64,000 nt of DNA from Octopus sinensis. Lineage: Eukaryota. The stretch is taken from assembly GCF_006345805.1 (NCBI RefSeq), contig NC_043009.1:65472001-65536000 (forward strand). The letters are read 5' to 3'. Numbering within the stretch: the stretch's first letter is position 1; each line of letters opens with the position of its first letter. Positions 1-13,689 of this stretch are shown here, in pieces. The translations under genes and the position numbers were made by a program. A model generated the notes under the pieces. That model did no database searches. It was not told the origin of the DNA and worked only from the letters and a program-made list of their open reading frames with translations.

Positions 1-1684
1 TATTGTGTGTGTGTGTTTGTGTGTGTGTGAGTTGTATGTGATGTAAGCACTACAGTCAAATGTAACTCTATGCAATATTCTACATTGTGTGTCTGTCACT
101 GAATAAAACGAAAGCACCACCAAAGCTGCTTGGTGAGGAGAATGGTCTATGGAAAGCCAACTGGCAACCAATAAGGTGTACGCTTGCGTATATACATGAA
201 CGTGCAAATGTACGAATATTTGTATCTTTATATTTGTATGTAAATTAGACAGAGAGAAGGATATTATTGGTTGAATCCTGCGACATTTGTAATCTCGCGC
301 CATTTCGCTTTTCGTTTTAAAACTTTAGTTGGGTTGCTTCAAATGTTCAGAGATTGGCAGGCATATTGCCCCAGGTTTTGCCCCTATAGAATGTTACGTG
401 GGTTTTCTTTGTGCACATCATCACTTCCAAAGCAAATTAAGATTCAAAATTATTGGAACTCCGGTAACATTTGGCTGGAGTGTGGGAGGTAAAACTGCGG
501 GCATTCTATATGTGCGAATATCTCCGTGTTAGTGATGGCTTCTAACAGTTGCGAACGATGTTAGACAGAATGAGAAAAACAGCGTAAAGGCGGAAATACT
601 CGACAGCTTATTGACTTCCACCATAGACGCATACAAAAACACATTCCATAGTAGATGTGCCATTTGCTATGCGTTGCCAATGGTGTTACGTCACTGTTCA
701 TGGCTAGCGATACGATTCGTAGCATGTAGGAGGTGCATATGCGAATAATGTTTGTCCTTTTCAAGGATTTTTCTAAGATCTGTTTACACCAGTTTGAATG
801 CAAAGTGGCAGATTATGTCAATTGACAAACAACTTCCATGTGTGTGTGTGTGTAAGTGTGTATGCGCGCGTATTTGTGTGTCTGTGTGTGTGTGGCCGTG
901 TGTGCACTGGCGCGCACGTGCGTGTGTGTGGTTATCATGCAATATGAACGATAGTGTCAGACTACAATATTTTACTACGCAAAGTGTATTCGTTTTAGAA
1001 GATATTGTCCTTCCTGAAAGATTCTGAGACAATGAGAGAGAGAGGAGAGAGAGAGAGAGAGAGAGAGAAAGAAACAGACAGACAGACAGACAGAGACAGA
1101 CGGCCAGACAAGGAGATATTTAGTGCGTGGATTGATTTCAGAAGGACGAATGCCAAAATTTTGAATCGTTGGAATAAGAACTCAAAGCCCAGGCATGGAA
1201 TGAATAACGCCACTCATTTGACTGACGCTCCAAAGTTTCGTTCATCTCGAACTTCTGTCACGTACTTGCATTGTCTTACCTCTCTGCCAATGCTACAATA
1301 TAACAGTGGCATTTAAATCCCAGTACAGCTTGGACGCGAACTAATTCCATTTAGTTATCCTTGTCCTTGAGACTGTATGTATGTCTTTGATTTTCAGTCT
1401 TTTCGCTCAGCATTTTTGCACCCACTTTCACGTTTTGTTTTACCCGTTTTTTTTCTGATGTTCTCTCATACACCAGCGGCCCTGGTTTTTAAATACATCG
1501 AACGTTATGAACTGAACTGGAAGGTTTGTTTGGAGATTCATGGCACAATACACAAATCTGTTACTTTTATATATCTTAAAGCATGATACTATTAGCGGCT
1601 CTTTTGTGATGGTGTATATTAAATGACATTTATCGCACACCGGATGGTCTACATTTTTGTTGATCCTACCCAAATGGAATTGTA

Positions 1685-1721
<37 letters not shown>

Positions 1722-1724
<3 letters not shown>

Positions 1725-2142
1725 TTTCTCTTTTACTCTTTTACTTGTTTCAGTCATTTGACTGCGGCCATGCTGGAGCACCGCCTTTATTCGAGCAACT
1801 CGACCCCGGGACTTTCTTTTTGTAAGCCCAGTACTTATTCTATCGGTCTCTTTTTGCCGAACCGCTAAGTGACGGGGACGTAAAACACACCAGCATCGGT
1901 TGTCAAGCAATGCTAGGGGGACAAACACAAACACACAAACACCACACCACATACATATATATATATATATATACATATATACGACAGACTTCTTTCAGTT
2001 TCCGTCTACCAAATCCACTTACAAGGCATTGGTCGGCCGGGGCTATAGCAGAGAAGACACTTGCCCAAGTTGCCACGCAGTGGGACTGAACCCGGAACCA
2101 TGTGGTTGGTTAGCAAGCTACTTACCCCCCCCCCACAGCACT
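1722..2142 (-). mobile_element. tRNA-derived SINE family A
   Basis: Degraded head with B-box-like GGTTCAGTCCC, GGCAACTTGGGCAAGTGTC, internal TA/CA tract, tail GGCGGTGCTCCAGCATGGCCGCAGTCAAATGACTGAAACAAGTAAAAGAGTAAAAG. Confidence 0.9.
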
Positions 2143-2151
2143 CATTGCGCC

Positions 2152-2184
<33 letters not shown>

Positions 2185-2545
2185 ATATATATATACTAGA
2201 GTTTTATATATATAGATATGTATGTATATATGGTGTGTATCAAATGAAATAAAAAACAGGACACAAATGATGTCGCGGTACACATGTTTCAAGCTTTATA
2301 GAACCACTTATTCTTACATCAATGCATAATCGACATAACAGATAGTTTTAAAAAGCCCTCTTCAGCCGCATGCAATTGCTACACCAAAGACTTATCACAT
2401 TATGAAGGTCTGAGAAAGAACATTTGGTATTATTATAATGTAGGTAAACTAAGTGTCACCGAGAAAGTATGTTTGTAATCTTCATAATCAATAGGTATAC
2501 AGGGTATTATTGGACTCCAAAATCCGTCCATACCGTTTTCTCACT

Positions 2546-2588
<43 letters not shown>

Positions 2589-2888
2589 CGATCCTGTTGA
2601 GTGGTCGCTTGGTAAATATCTTGGGGGGAAATGTTTGGAGACGAACAGTGTAGAAACTCGTCCGAAGAACTGAAACAATCCAAATATCCAGTATTTTCAT
2701 ACACACATATACAAACACACAGTTACACTCACTTTACATTCTCACACATACACACACACACACACACACATACACATACAGAAATGCATTCATATATATA
2801 TATCAAAGCAATAATAAATCTCTGAGCGAGATGTAAACAGTAGCAGCACGACATTGTGAAGTATATTTACTACCTACATGTGGCTGAC

Positions 2889-2923
<35 letters not shown>

Positions 2924-3151
2924 TTTACGTATGTATGTATGATATTCTATTCTTTTCAGCCCGAAGCCTGGCCATACTGGGGTATATATACATATAAGTG
3001 CGTGTGCATGTATATATATATATATGTACATACACATACATACACAGATACACACACATATATTTAAATACATATATCTGTATGTATATATAAATACAGA
3101 CACACACACACACACGCACACACACATGCACACCCACACTATATATATATA

Positions 3152-3287
3152 ATTAATTTATCGATCCGAAAGTATGAAAGGCAAAGTCGACCTCAGCGGA
3201 ATTTGAACTCAGGACGTAAAGACAGACTAAATACCGCTAAGCATTTCGTCTGGCGTACAAACGTTTCTTCCTCCAGCTCACCGCCTT
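3152..3287 (-). mobile_element. SINE family B, 5' part
   Basis: Reverse complement of the family B head and core. Confidence 0.85.
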
Positions 3288-3319
3288 TATTTACACACAC
3301 ACACACACCACACACACAC

Positions 3320-3372
<53 letters not shown>

Positions 3373-4052
3373 TATATACATATACATATATATACAATAT
3401 ATATAGTTATATATATATATATATATATTATATATGTATGTATGTAATATTCATGTGTTTGTGTGTGTGTACATACGCAAGCATACATACACACATTCAT
3501 ACCTAACTACTCACATTATCCAGTACATCTCCCTAGACGTCTATATATCTATATTTTCGTGTTAAAATAAGATAACTACTACGATATAGAAATTTTTCAA
3601 CCCCGCTCCCCCTCTGTCAATCCTTATTCATAATAATGTTCTTCTGTTTCCATGGTTAACCATACAGAGTTGTGTTCACGCTTGGCTGCACCCTTGCGTG
3701 AGTTCCCATAGTTTCTCTTCATTGAAGGGGACAACTGATTATATTTATCAATTAGCTTGATTAGGTTGATTCAGCACCTGTCCAAAACAATATTGTGTGT
3801 GTGTGTGCGTGTATGTGTTTGTGCGTGTATGTGTGTGTGCGTGTATGTGTGTGCGTGCGTGTGTATATCTGAGACTCTCTATATTCATATATGTGTGAAT
3901 ATATATATATATATATAACACACACAGACACACACATTTATATATATATACATACATAAATATTTATATATATTATATTATATTATATATTATATACACA
4001 CACACATATGTATATACATGTATATATATAATAAAATATATTATATATTATA

Positions 4053-4083
<31 letters not shown>

Positions 4084-4941
4084 TATATATAGATATGTAT
4101 GTATGGCTGTATGTATCTATGTATTTATATATGAATGTATGTATATATACACTCACATATTTACACTTATATACCTTTCAATTAATATGAGAATACACAC
4201 ACACACACACATATATATATATGAAAAAAATATATATGCACACATCTATACATATATACATATGTATGTGTACAATATATGCAAATCTGTGTATTTGTAA
4301 TGATATATATTTGCGTATGTTCTTATCATATGCATGCGTGTATGAACGTATATATATATGTAAATTTTTGTTGATCCAATACCTGGCGAACATGACGTAT
4401 ATACACCTTCTAGTATGTCTGTGGCTAAATACTTAATAAATCTGAATAAAATTAAAGTATACAGTGATAATATGATAATATATAAGTGTAGTTAAGTGAA
4501 CGTAACTGTTGAAGATGGTGACTAGTTGCATATTTTAAACTACTGCATGTTTAATTAGTCAAATCGTTAACAGAGCGTAGACATGAATAACACAAACATA
4601 TCTTAATAAATCATATACATGTGTGTACGTGTGTGTGTATATGTATTTGGACATGTCTGTGTGCGTGTTTTATGAGAGAGGGATGTATGTTAATCGATAT
4701 TTATATAAACGTAGACCTCTTAGTCGTGTATGCACAAGATGGCGCTCTTGAGTTTACAGACAAAACATTTATGTATCTTCATCGTGTAGAAGTCTCGCGT
4801 GTCTTTAAAAAAGTTTGTATGGATGTGTATGTATATGAATTAAATGAATTTGTACAAAGCGAGATAAACATTTACTAATATATTCGTATGTATCTTTATA
4901 TGGTGCTTGTTTGTCAATTTATATATATATATATATATCCG

Positions 4942-5069
<128 letters not shown>

Positions 5070-6115
5070 TATATTTAATTCCAAGAGAGTTAGAGGTTGT
5101 GAATCCAACCAACTAAGGGATAACATCTATACAATATACTGCTGGTAGAAAACCCAATTATTAATACACAAGTGTTTTTTCATTGCATGGCAATTACATT
5201 AATGAGTGAGGGTAAAAAGTTTTTTATCCTTAATTTATAGAGCAATTAGAAAATGGAGGGGATCAAGTGGTGGTATTCATCAACTTTTAGACATTATATT
5301 ATGTCTATTTATTTACTTTTTAAAAACCATTATAAAAATATACATACATGTATAACATATTATGCTTTACATATATAATATATGAAAAATATACAAGTAT
5401 CAGTAATTATTAAAGTATATAAGTAGATCAAATGAAGTAGAATAGTATCTTACATCTGTTTCAGACAAGAGGTCATAGTACCCCACTTTACTTCCATCCT
5501 TTCAGTGAAGTGAAGTATTTGGTAGATAAGATTAAGGTATTTGGGTGTGCCTCTGGGCTTCGTCAGAGGGTTTAAAAAGGTCATAAGGTTAAGTTATAAA
5601 TATAAATACATACACACATATACACTTTTACATATACATACATATACATAAATATACACGAATACATATCTATACATCTATATGTAAATATATAGGCATA
5701 CAAAGGAATCATTTATCATTATTATTAGGTGTATTATATTATTCTTATTAGATAAAGTATAAACAGAGGACAGAAAAAATTATCGAAAGAGAAATAATAA
5801 TGGAATTTAAATGATCAATCTATCTTAAGACTATTGTAGCTATCTAGGAATGAAAAGGTATATAAATGAGGAATACATATGTGTGTGTGTGGTGTGTGTG
5901 TGTGTATTGTTGGCGATTTTCTTTCTCCGTCTTCTCTTCCTTGGACCTTTCCTTTTTCTAGGCGATATGTTTTTTATTGACGGCCTGAGATAAAAGGTCC
6001 ACAATAAGTGGGTAAGAGTTTATATAAACAGACATGATATAATGTCTGAAAGTTGATGAATGCCACCTCTTGATCCCGTCCATTATTTCCTTATTGCTAT
6101 GTATATATATATGTA

Positions 6116-6504
6116 TACTCTTTTACTCTTTTACTTGTTTCAGTCATTTGACTGCGGCCATGCTGGAGCAGCGCCTTTAATCGAGCAACTCGACCCCGGG
6201 ACTTATTCTTTTGTAAGCCCAGTACTTATTCTATCGGTCTCTTTTGCCGAACCGCATAAACACACCAGCATCGGTTGTCAAGCAATGCTAGGGGACAAAC
6301 ACAGACATACAAACACACACACGTATATATATATATACATATATACGACGGCTTTTTTCAGTTCCGTCTAGCAAATCCACTCACAAGGCTTTGGTCGGCC
6401 CGAGGCTATAGTAGAAGACACTTGCCCAAAGTGCCACGCAGTGGGACTGAACACGGAACCATGTGGTTGGTAAGCAAGCTACTTACCACACAGCCACGCC
6501 TGTA
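6116..6504 (-). mobile_element. SINE family A, full length
   Basis: Head TGGCTGTGTGG (A-box-like), GTGTTCAGTCCC (B-box-like); same tail as 1722-2142. Confidence 0.9.
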
Positions 6505-6769
6505 TATTTATACACACATATATATATATATAGACATATGTACACACACACACACACACACACGTATAACCATATCTGTGTTAATATGATTTTGAGTGTG
6601 TATCTACTTCCGGTAGGATTTTTTGTGAAGAAGACAGACTGAGACACGAACAGCCAATCATATAAAGATAGAAATGTAGCGAGTGGGGGGTGGAATTACG
6701 GCCATTAGAATACCTGTATGAATCACAATGACCACCACTGGGACACTAATCAATAGAAAAGGAATCCTA

Positions 6770-6924
6770 GTCATCATCATCATCATCACATTCACCACCA
6801 CATCATCATCATCATTATCATCGTCGTCGTTATTATTATTATTATTACTACTATTATTATTATTATCATCATTATTATTATTATCATCATTATTATTATT
6901 ATTATTATTTCTATTATTATTATT

Positions 6925-6994
<70 letters not shown>

Positions 6995-7145
6995 CATTAT
7001 TATTATATTATTATTACTATTACTATTATTATTATCATTATTATTATTACTATTATTATTATCATTATTATTATTACTATTATTATTATCATTATTATTA
7101 TATTATTATTATTATTATTATTATTATTATCATCATCATCATCAT
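6770..7145. repeat. (CAT)n/(TAT)n trinucleotide microsatellite
   Basis: Direct reading. Confidence 0.97.
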
Positions 7146-7560
7146 TATTTCACCCGCCGCCGCGATCACCACCGTTCTTACCCCTACCACTAACTTTCAT
7201 AATTCGTCCCTGAATGCTGCAAAGAACCGCACTTGGCGGTCCGGGACCGCTTTGTTTTCTGAGTCAATTTAATTGGAGACCATTGAGCTGGCGAGAATTA
7301 GACAAGCTGTAAACTCTGTATGAGTTAACTATAATGTTTGGAGGACAGCTGAGCGATCCATCAGATGATATACTGCCATTCAACTGGCCTACCTATTAGT
7401 ATTCCATTCTTAGCAATCTACACAGACAAACAGGAACGAAAACACACACATACACACGCGTAAACACATACACACAGATACACTCGCGCACACTTGCACA
7501 CACACTCACACACATATAAGCATAATGTTGTTTCTTTGTTCGTATATGTTAATATGTGCA

Positions 7561-7609
<49 letters not shown>

Positions 7610-7635
7610 TAAAAAAACAAAAAAAAAATATATAT

Positions 7636-7762
7636 ATGGCACACTAAGCATAACAACAACATGAACTTCCAACCTGTTGCCTCTTGAGGTCTCTCGATGA
7701 GACTTGGAGCCAACTTGTACAAATATAAAGCAAAATTCAAACATAAATAATAATAATAATAA
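7636..7762 (+). mobile_element. Probable Dong/R4 3' terminal fragment with (TAA)n tail
   Basis: Unique sequence bounded by (TAA)n at 7565-7607 and 7745-7762, adjacent to the Dong/R4 ORF fragment. Confidence 0.45.
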
Positions 7763-7782
7763 AAATAAAAACAACAACAACA

Positions 7783-8274
7783 ATTAAGTATAGAGCAGGG
7801 GTAATCGCATGGGCAGTAGACGAACTAAACAGCTTAGACAGAATGACAAGGAAGTTGCTAACTAGATATGGGACACTCAACCCTAAAATGACACAGACAG
7901 ACTGTACGTACCAAGAAAAAGAGGGGAAGAGGATTTATTGGATGCGAACTCAGCATTAAAGCAGAAGACAACATAGCATGGTATGTAAAAAATGCCACAG
8001 AACCGTTATTATTAGAAGAAGGTCAGGCTTGCGTTGGATGAAAGATTGCAAAGATAAAGCACTATACAAGAAATTGAAAACGAATTAAACTGAAAATAGG
8101 TGGGTAAAGAAAAGAATGCATGGTCAATTTCATAGGGAAGTTGAAGATAAGACAGACAGAGAAAAAAGATGGCTGTAGATGACTAAAAGTGATTTAAAAC
8201 CTGAAACATATGCTCTAATCTGTGCTGCCCAAGAGGAAGCACTAAGAACAAACTACATAAAATACAGAATAGAC
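7783..8274 (+). pseudogene. Dong/R4-clade non-LTR retrotransposon fragment (post-RT region)
   Basis: Frameshifted translation IKYRAGVIAWAVDELNSLDRMTRKLLTRYGTLNPK-DTDRLYVPRKRGGRGFIG...WVKKRMHGQFHR...KSDLKPETYALICAAQEEALRTNYIKYRID, matching R4/Dong motifs (DVDRLYLPRKEGGRGL, LHGQY, AAQDQAL.TN). Confidence 0.85.
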
Positions 8275-8307
8275 ATAAAATATATATTTGGAAACTGAGC
8301 CACAGAC

Positions 8308-8460
8308 ATGGTTGTGTGGTTAAGAGGTTTGCTTACAACTCCGTAATTTCGGGTTACTTCCCACAGTGTGGAACACCGAGCAAGTGTCTTCTACCATAAT
8401 CTCGTGTACCAGAAAGCCCTATGACTGAAATTTAGTTGAAGGGAAATGTATAGAAAACCG
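8308..8460 (+). mobile_element. SINE family A, degraded 5' half
   Basis: GGTTGTGTGGTTAAG...GAGCAAGTGTCTTCTAC. Confidence 0.7.
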
Positions 8461-9259
8461 TTGGAAAGACCCGTTTTAGCATAGATGGTTGACATAATTC
8501 GTAGCCCTGTACAGCTCCAACCACCTAATTCTTGGGGGGGGGGTCTTCAGCAAGGTCTCTTCTGTTGCATGCATACGGGCCACAAATCTGGTCTGTAGAT
8601 ATTTACATCTACAAGATTCGAAGGCCCTGAAAAAGTGACATGTTCGCTGACCTCCGGCCAAGCCTGGGTAAAATGAATAAATCAGACACTCTGAATAAGA
8701 AGGTTTTGTTCAAAATGGGTTCCGAATCTAAGATTCTCTTTTTCTTTTCTCTTTCGCTTTAAAATTCAATTCTTTCTAAAATATAAGAATAAACGTTGCT
8801 TCAATAAATATGTAAATTAAATAACTTCTTGATAACAGGTCTGCTTCTGTTACTTTAACTCAGTCTTAGATTAATAACAGAAAAAAATCTTTAAAACATT
8901 ATTAAATATTTATGCATTAGATATTAGATATCACCGCTGCGGTTATTTAACGCCAGCTTAACTTTGATCGAACCGACCACATATGCTCAAATGAGTTCCA
9001 GATATAATCATTGGTTACGGCCTTTATTTCTCTCAGTTGTTAAATTTCAGATATCCTGGATCCAGAACCTAATGATTTAATAGATCTTTCTCAATAAAAG
9101 ACATTAAGATGCAATTTCAACTGACTTTTTTTTCTACTTTTCACAGCTCAATCGATTGCAGAGCAGTTCTCTTATTACTCTAGTTGTTGTTATTATTGTT
9201 AGTCGTTTCTTATGAACTGACAAATCATTAACTGGTCTAATAATAGAATCTATATTTAA

Positions 9260-9341
9260 GAGATGAGGAATTATGTACATTATTTACATTATTTACATTT
9301 GACGGATATTTGTCCTCATTTTGTTTGTTGTTAACACAACG
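9260..9341 (-). mobile_element. Inverted 3' fragment of the 9562-9833 element
   Basis: Reverse complement CGTTGTGTTAACAACAAACAAAATGAGGACAAATATCCGTCAAATGTAAATAATGTAAATAATGT matches 9769-9833. Confidence 0.8.
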
Positions 9342-9353
9342 CTATATTTCCCG

Positions 9354-9452
9354 TGGGCATATGGCGTAGCGGTTAAGAGCGCGGGCTACTAACCCCAAGA
9401 TGCTGAGTTCGATTCCAGAGAGTTACTTGAATAATAATAATAATAATAATAA
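9354..9452 (+). mobile_element. Short tRNA-like SINE / tRNA pseudogene with (TAA)n tail
   Basis: TGGCGTAGCGGTTAAG (A box), GGGCTACTAACCCC stem-loop, GAGTTCGATTCC (B box); no acceptor stem; (TAA)n tail. Confidence 0.7.
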
Positions 9453-9561
9453 GGAAGTGCAAAAAATCGTGTTAACTGGAACGGCTCATGTACTGAGAAG
9501 ATCATTATCCCTGTGAAAACAACATCCATTCATGAATTTATTTATATTTTAAATATATATA

Positions 9562-9833
9562 TTACCTGTGAATTTGCGTGTATAATCTGGGAATGCAGCT
9601 TCTCTGCCCTAGGTGTACAGAAAACTCTCGGCGAGAAACGGAAGAAAATTTGAAGAAAGAAGGAAATAATAATAATAATAACATCGAAAAATACCTTAAG
9701 AATGAGGACTCAGTTTCGAAATTTCCCCCAAGACACCTGATGAAGGCTGGAGGGTATATCAGCCGAAACGTTGTGTTAACAACAAACAAGATGAGGACAA
9801 ATATCCATCAAATGTAAATAATGTAAATAATGT
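9562..9833 (+). mobile_element. Non-autonomous HHR-bearing (Penelope pLTR-like) repeat
   Basis: Contains the HHR at 9732; its 3' part is present inverted at 9260-9341. Confidence 0.65.
9732..9777 (+). ncRNA. Minimal type I hammerhead ribozyme
   Basis: GACAC-CTGATGA-A-GGCTG(gagggtatat)CAGCC-GAAA-CGTT-GTGTT; stem III ACGT palindrome; GUU triplet. Confidence 0.8.
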
Positions 9834-10199
9834 GGTCAAAAAATAGTCATCACCTCGTCATTTGTATTTGATCAGGTTTAGTGTGCGTTGAGCTACATTA
9901 TCCACTGCACCCTTCATTTCTTTAGAAATGATAGGTTGTAATTTGACGTAAATTTGGCTGCTATTTCTAGAAAATATAAAATTAGTGAGCAGGCAGAATC
10001 GTCAAAACGTTGGTAAAAATGATTTGCAGTATTTGTTCTTTCGATTTATATTTTCAATTCAGATCGTACCGGGGTCAACTTTGATTTTGGTCGTTTTAGG
10101 TTCGGTAAATAAAATACTAGTTGAGTACTTCAGTCAAAGTAATTGCCTAAGCGCTCACCTGGAAGTTACTTATTTCTAAATAAGAGAGGATAATTATGG

Positions 10200-10660
10200 T
10201 TTCAAATTTTGGCACGAGGCCAGCAATTTCGGGGTAGTGGGGTACGTCGACTAAATAGACCTCAGCGTTTCAACGAGACTTCTTTTATTGATCCCGAAAG
10301 GATGAAACGGCGGAATTTGAAGGATGTAAAGTTAACCTTTTAAACTCAGAACGTAACGGCAGACAAAATACCTATTTCTTTGCTACCCATAAGGGGCTAA
10401 ACACAGAAGGGACAAACAAGGACAGACAAACGGATTAAGTCGATTATATCCCCCCTACATGGCCTTGCTATTTGCTTTTGATCCAAATTAACTAACTAAC
10501 TAACATATCGATCCCAGTGCGTAACTGGTACTTATTTAATCGACCCCGAAAGGATGACAGGCAAAGTAGACCTCGGCGGAATTTGAACTCAGAACGTAGC
10601 GACAGACGAAATGCCGCTAAGTATTTCGCCCGACGTGCTAACGATTCTGCCAGCTCTCCG
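10200..10660 (-). mobile_element. SINE family B tandem/composite cluster
   Basis: Two to three partial units; junction at about 10370. Confidence 0.85.
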
Positions 10661-11855
10661 TTTTATTAGAAACAATATTATTACACTTAATCATAAGACG
10701 ATAATTATTGCTGATCCCAAGACGTGAATATCATGAATGGGAGTTCTTCTCTCATAGATGAACAGCCACAAACAACTAGTAAAGTAATAAAATGTTCGAC
10801 CAAGTCTTGAAAGTCTGCAGAATTTGATTTCTATGTTGGTGCCATCTGTCAATAATAGTCAGTCGGGTTCAATTGTAGCCAATAGTACACCGTACTCTGG
10901 TTGACAATCGAAGCAAAAAATGATATTAATAAATCGATGAAAGTAGAAGCTTCCACATTAACAATGCATTGAATATTTAAGAACTGTTAGCAATAAACCG
11001 TAGAATTCTGTATCTATGCGAAATCTATAGACAAAAAATAAAAATGAAAATAAAAAACATGGGGAAATGGTGTAAAAAAACTCATGAATTCTTGAAAACT
11101 TTACAAAGAGCACACATGCGTGTGTCACAGTGTGTTATAGAATGCGTGTGAAGGTGTGTAATATAAGTTTTAAATACATATATACATTTGTGCATTTGTG
11201 CGCACGCGTCTGTTTCTGTCACAAAAAAAAACAGTATATGTTGCCTTATGTCACACACATGCAGAAAAAAAGGCAAATAAGCTGCGTGATATATGCAATA
11301 AAACACGTGTGTGTGTGTGTGTGTGCGTGCGTGTGTGTGGTGTGTGTGCGTACGCGCGTGTGTGTGTGTGTGTGTGTGTGTGTTTGAATATAAATGTATA
11401 AATATATAAACAATATATCGAACGGCGGAAGAAGGTTAAAAACGACTTAGTTTATTGTTTTTCATTCAGTTTTCTCTTTCCTATAGCATTTTTGTCACTT
11501 TTTCGTATTTATCAAAAGTATTTTTCTTCCTTTGTTTTTAATCGTAGTCCTCTCAGAAGATGACATTATTAGAAGAAATGTGACAAACACTCTCAACTAA
11601 ACAAGTTGGCGATTTACTTAAACGATATACTAAATGTAGTTTTTCTTTAAAAAAAAAGAAAGTGAAAAAGAAAAAGAAGCAAACATTTAGAAATGTTTGT
11701 TTTTTTAATCCAACCATAGGCGTTTCTGTATGAGGATATGAGTGTGTATACAAACACACATAGAGTTTGACACATATATATAAATACGTATGTAGAAAGC
11801 ATATGCGTGTGTGCGTCTTTTGATGTGTGAATATTTATGCCTGTTTGTATGTGTG

Positions 11856-11897
<42 letters not shown>

Positions 11898-11924
11898 ATA
11901 CGTATACTTATATATGGATATGTA

Positions 11925-11979
<55 letters not shown>

Positions 11980-12229
11980 CATACACCTTTAAAAATTTTA
12001 ATTGCATATCCGTGAGTTGTCAGCTGATCGAAATTTATTTTGATTTCAGTGTGGGGCGATGGGTGTAACTTACGATGCCAAGGGACCCGTTTTATTCTTA
12101 TATAGTGTATTGTCTAAACTTTGACATCTATATTAGATGCATATACGCTCGAAGCTTGCTAACTTTCTATATCTGCGTCCCTGGATCGTGCTAACTAAGT
12201 CTACCTCACACACACCAACACACACATAT

Positions 12230-12300
12230 GTACAGAGTGTCTAGTAAATATATATGCCCCAACTTTTATAAAATATGTTGCTGTTATAAAAAAAAACAGC
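12230..12300 (+). mobile_element. Possible Tc1/mariner terminus
   Basis: TACAGAGTGTCTAGTAAA resembles the TA-CAGGGTGTCC TIR start; no partner end identified. Confidence 0.25.
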
Positions 12301-12712
12301 AGTTACAGTGTTCCCTCATTATTGAGCGTGAGAAAATCGGAATGTAATATTTGTGTCACCGTTATCTTCTGAAAGTACTAGAACCGTGTCTAGATGTGTT
12401 CCTTGGAATAAACCCTTACAAGCTACCAATATGCCTTGTTGCACTTAGTGAAACATGGAGGAAACATTCAATTGCAATAACATGAAATTTATTGGTGTAA
12501 ATAGGTGCGTTATCCAAACTTGGCACCGCTTTCGCTTCATCAGCTGTAAATTCGAGAAACTCTTTCTAATATGTATGCATTGAAATAGCGAAATGCCAAA
12601 AAATCAGTCGGGTTGAGTTATCTTGCCACATCAAATGACTTCCAACGTCGCATATCACAAGCGTTGCCGCAAAGTCCGCCGAAAATCGTTCGTTAATTTA
12701 CGACATGGTGTA

Positions 12713-12860
12713 CTGACAGTCAGTAAATATTTCGGTGTAGTGACTATCAGCGAATATTTCGGTGTAGTGACTGTCAGTGAATATTTCGCTGTAGTGACTG
12801 TCAGTGAATATTTCGGTGTAATGACTGACAGTGAATATTTCGGTGTAGTGACTGACAGTG
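12713..12860. repeat. 27-bp minisatellite, about 5.5 copies
   Basis: Consensus GTGACTGTCAGTGAATATTTCGGTGTA; units start at 12713, 12740, 12767, 12794, 12821 and 12848. Confidence 0.95.
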
Positions 12861-13473
12861 TCACACAGTTTCATCCACCCCACTTTAACTTACAGTTACA
12901 TTAATCTCTCTACTCATTTAAGTCATTCCACGTATTTCCGAATGGTCCGACCCCTTGGTTGTGTGTTCCCTGTTTCATAATAGAAAATTTTATAACCAAT
13001 TCCGTTTTGAATTTTCTTCCAAAAATTATGCTTTCGGATTTTCATCAACACCATTGATCTACGATTTATAATGCAAAACCAAAACCTGCCGATCAATAAA
13101 AATTGCAGGGCAACACGAATTATGTTGCACTGCGTAAAAGAAAACAGACACAATTATCACAGTTCTTACTATGACGCGGTGATGGACTCACGGGACTGTC
13201 TTGAGTGTCAACAAATAATTATACATACTTTAGGCTACTTCGACATCATTTGATTTCTGTGTCTCCGTGTGTAGTTTCAGACTTGAACGCAAATTATGAT
13301 CTGTTTATAGAAAATAAATCGGTTAAGTTATAATAAAATCGCAAGAAATTTATAGATACAACTTTACGAAAGCGCAGCTTTCACCAGTGGACAATTTGGA
13401 AGTGAATGAGTAATTATTGTGCAAATTGATCATATATAACTAATGTACATAGATATGTATCTCGCTCTCTCTT

Positions 13474-13582
<109 letters not shown>

Positions 13583-13689
13583 ATATATATATATAAAATA
13601 TATAAATAAAGAAAAGATCGTTATTTAAATACCGATCTTATCAGGTTGCCAGCATCAGAATAAAAACCTTCAAAGGTAATAATTATTAT

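Noticed and set aside
329-532. ORF starting MGCFKCSEIGRH, resembling a zinc knuckle
   Set aside because: The spacing does not fit CX2CX4HX4C, the last Cys is missing, and there is no gag/pol context.
5545-5570. Minus-strand CTGACGA-A-GCC(caga)GGC, hammerhead-like half
   Set aside because: No GAAA after stem II and no stem III or stem I.
9354-9430. Functional tRNA gene
   Set aside because: No acceptor stem, and it ends in a (TAA)n tail; treated as a SINE or pseudogene.
12713-12860. CRISPR-like array
   Set aside because: The repeats are contiguous with no unique spacers, in a eukaryotic context.
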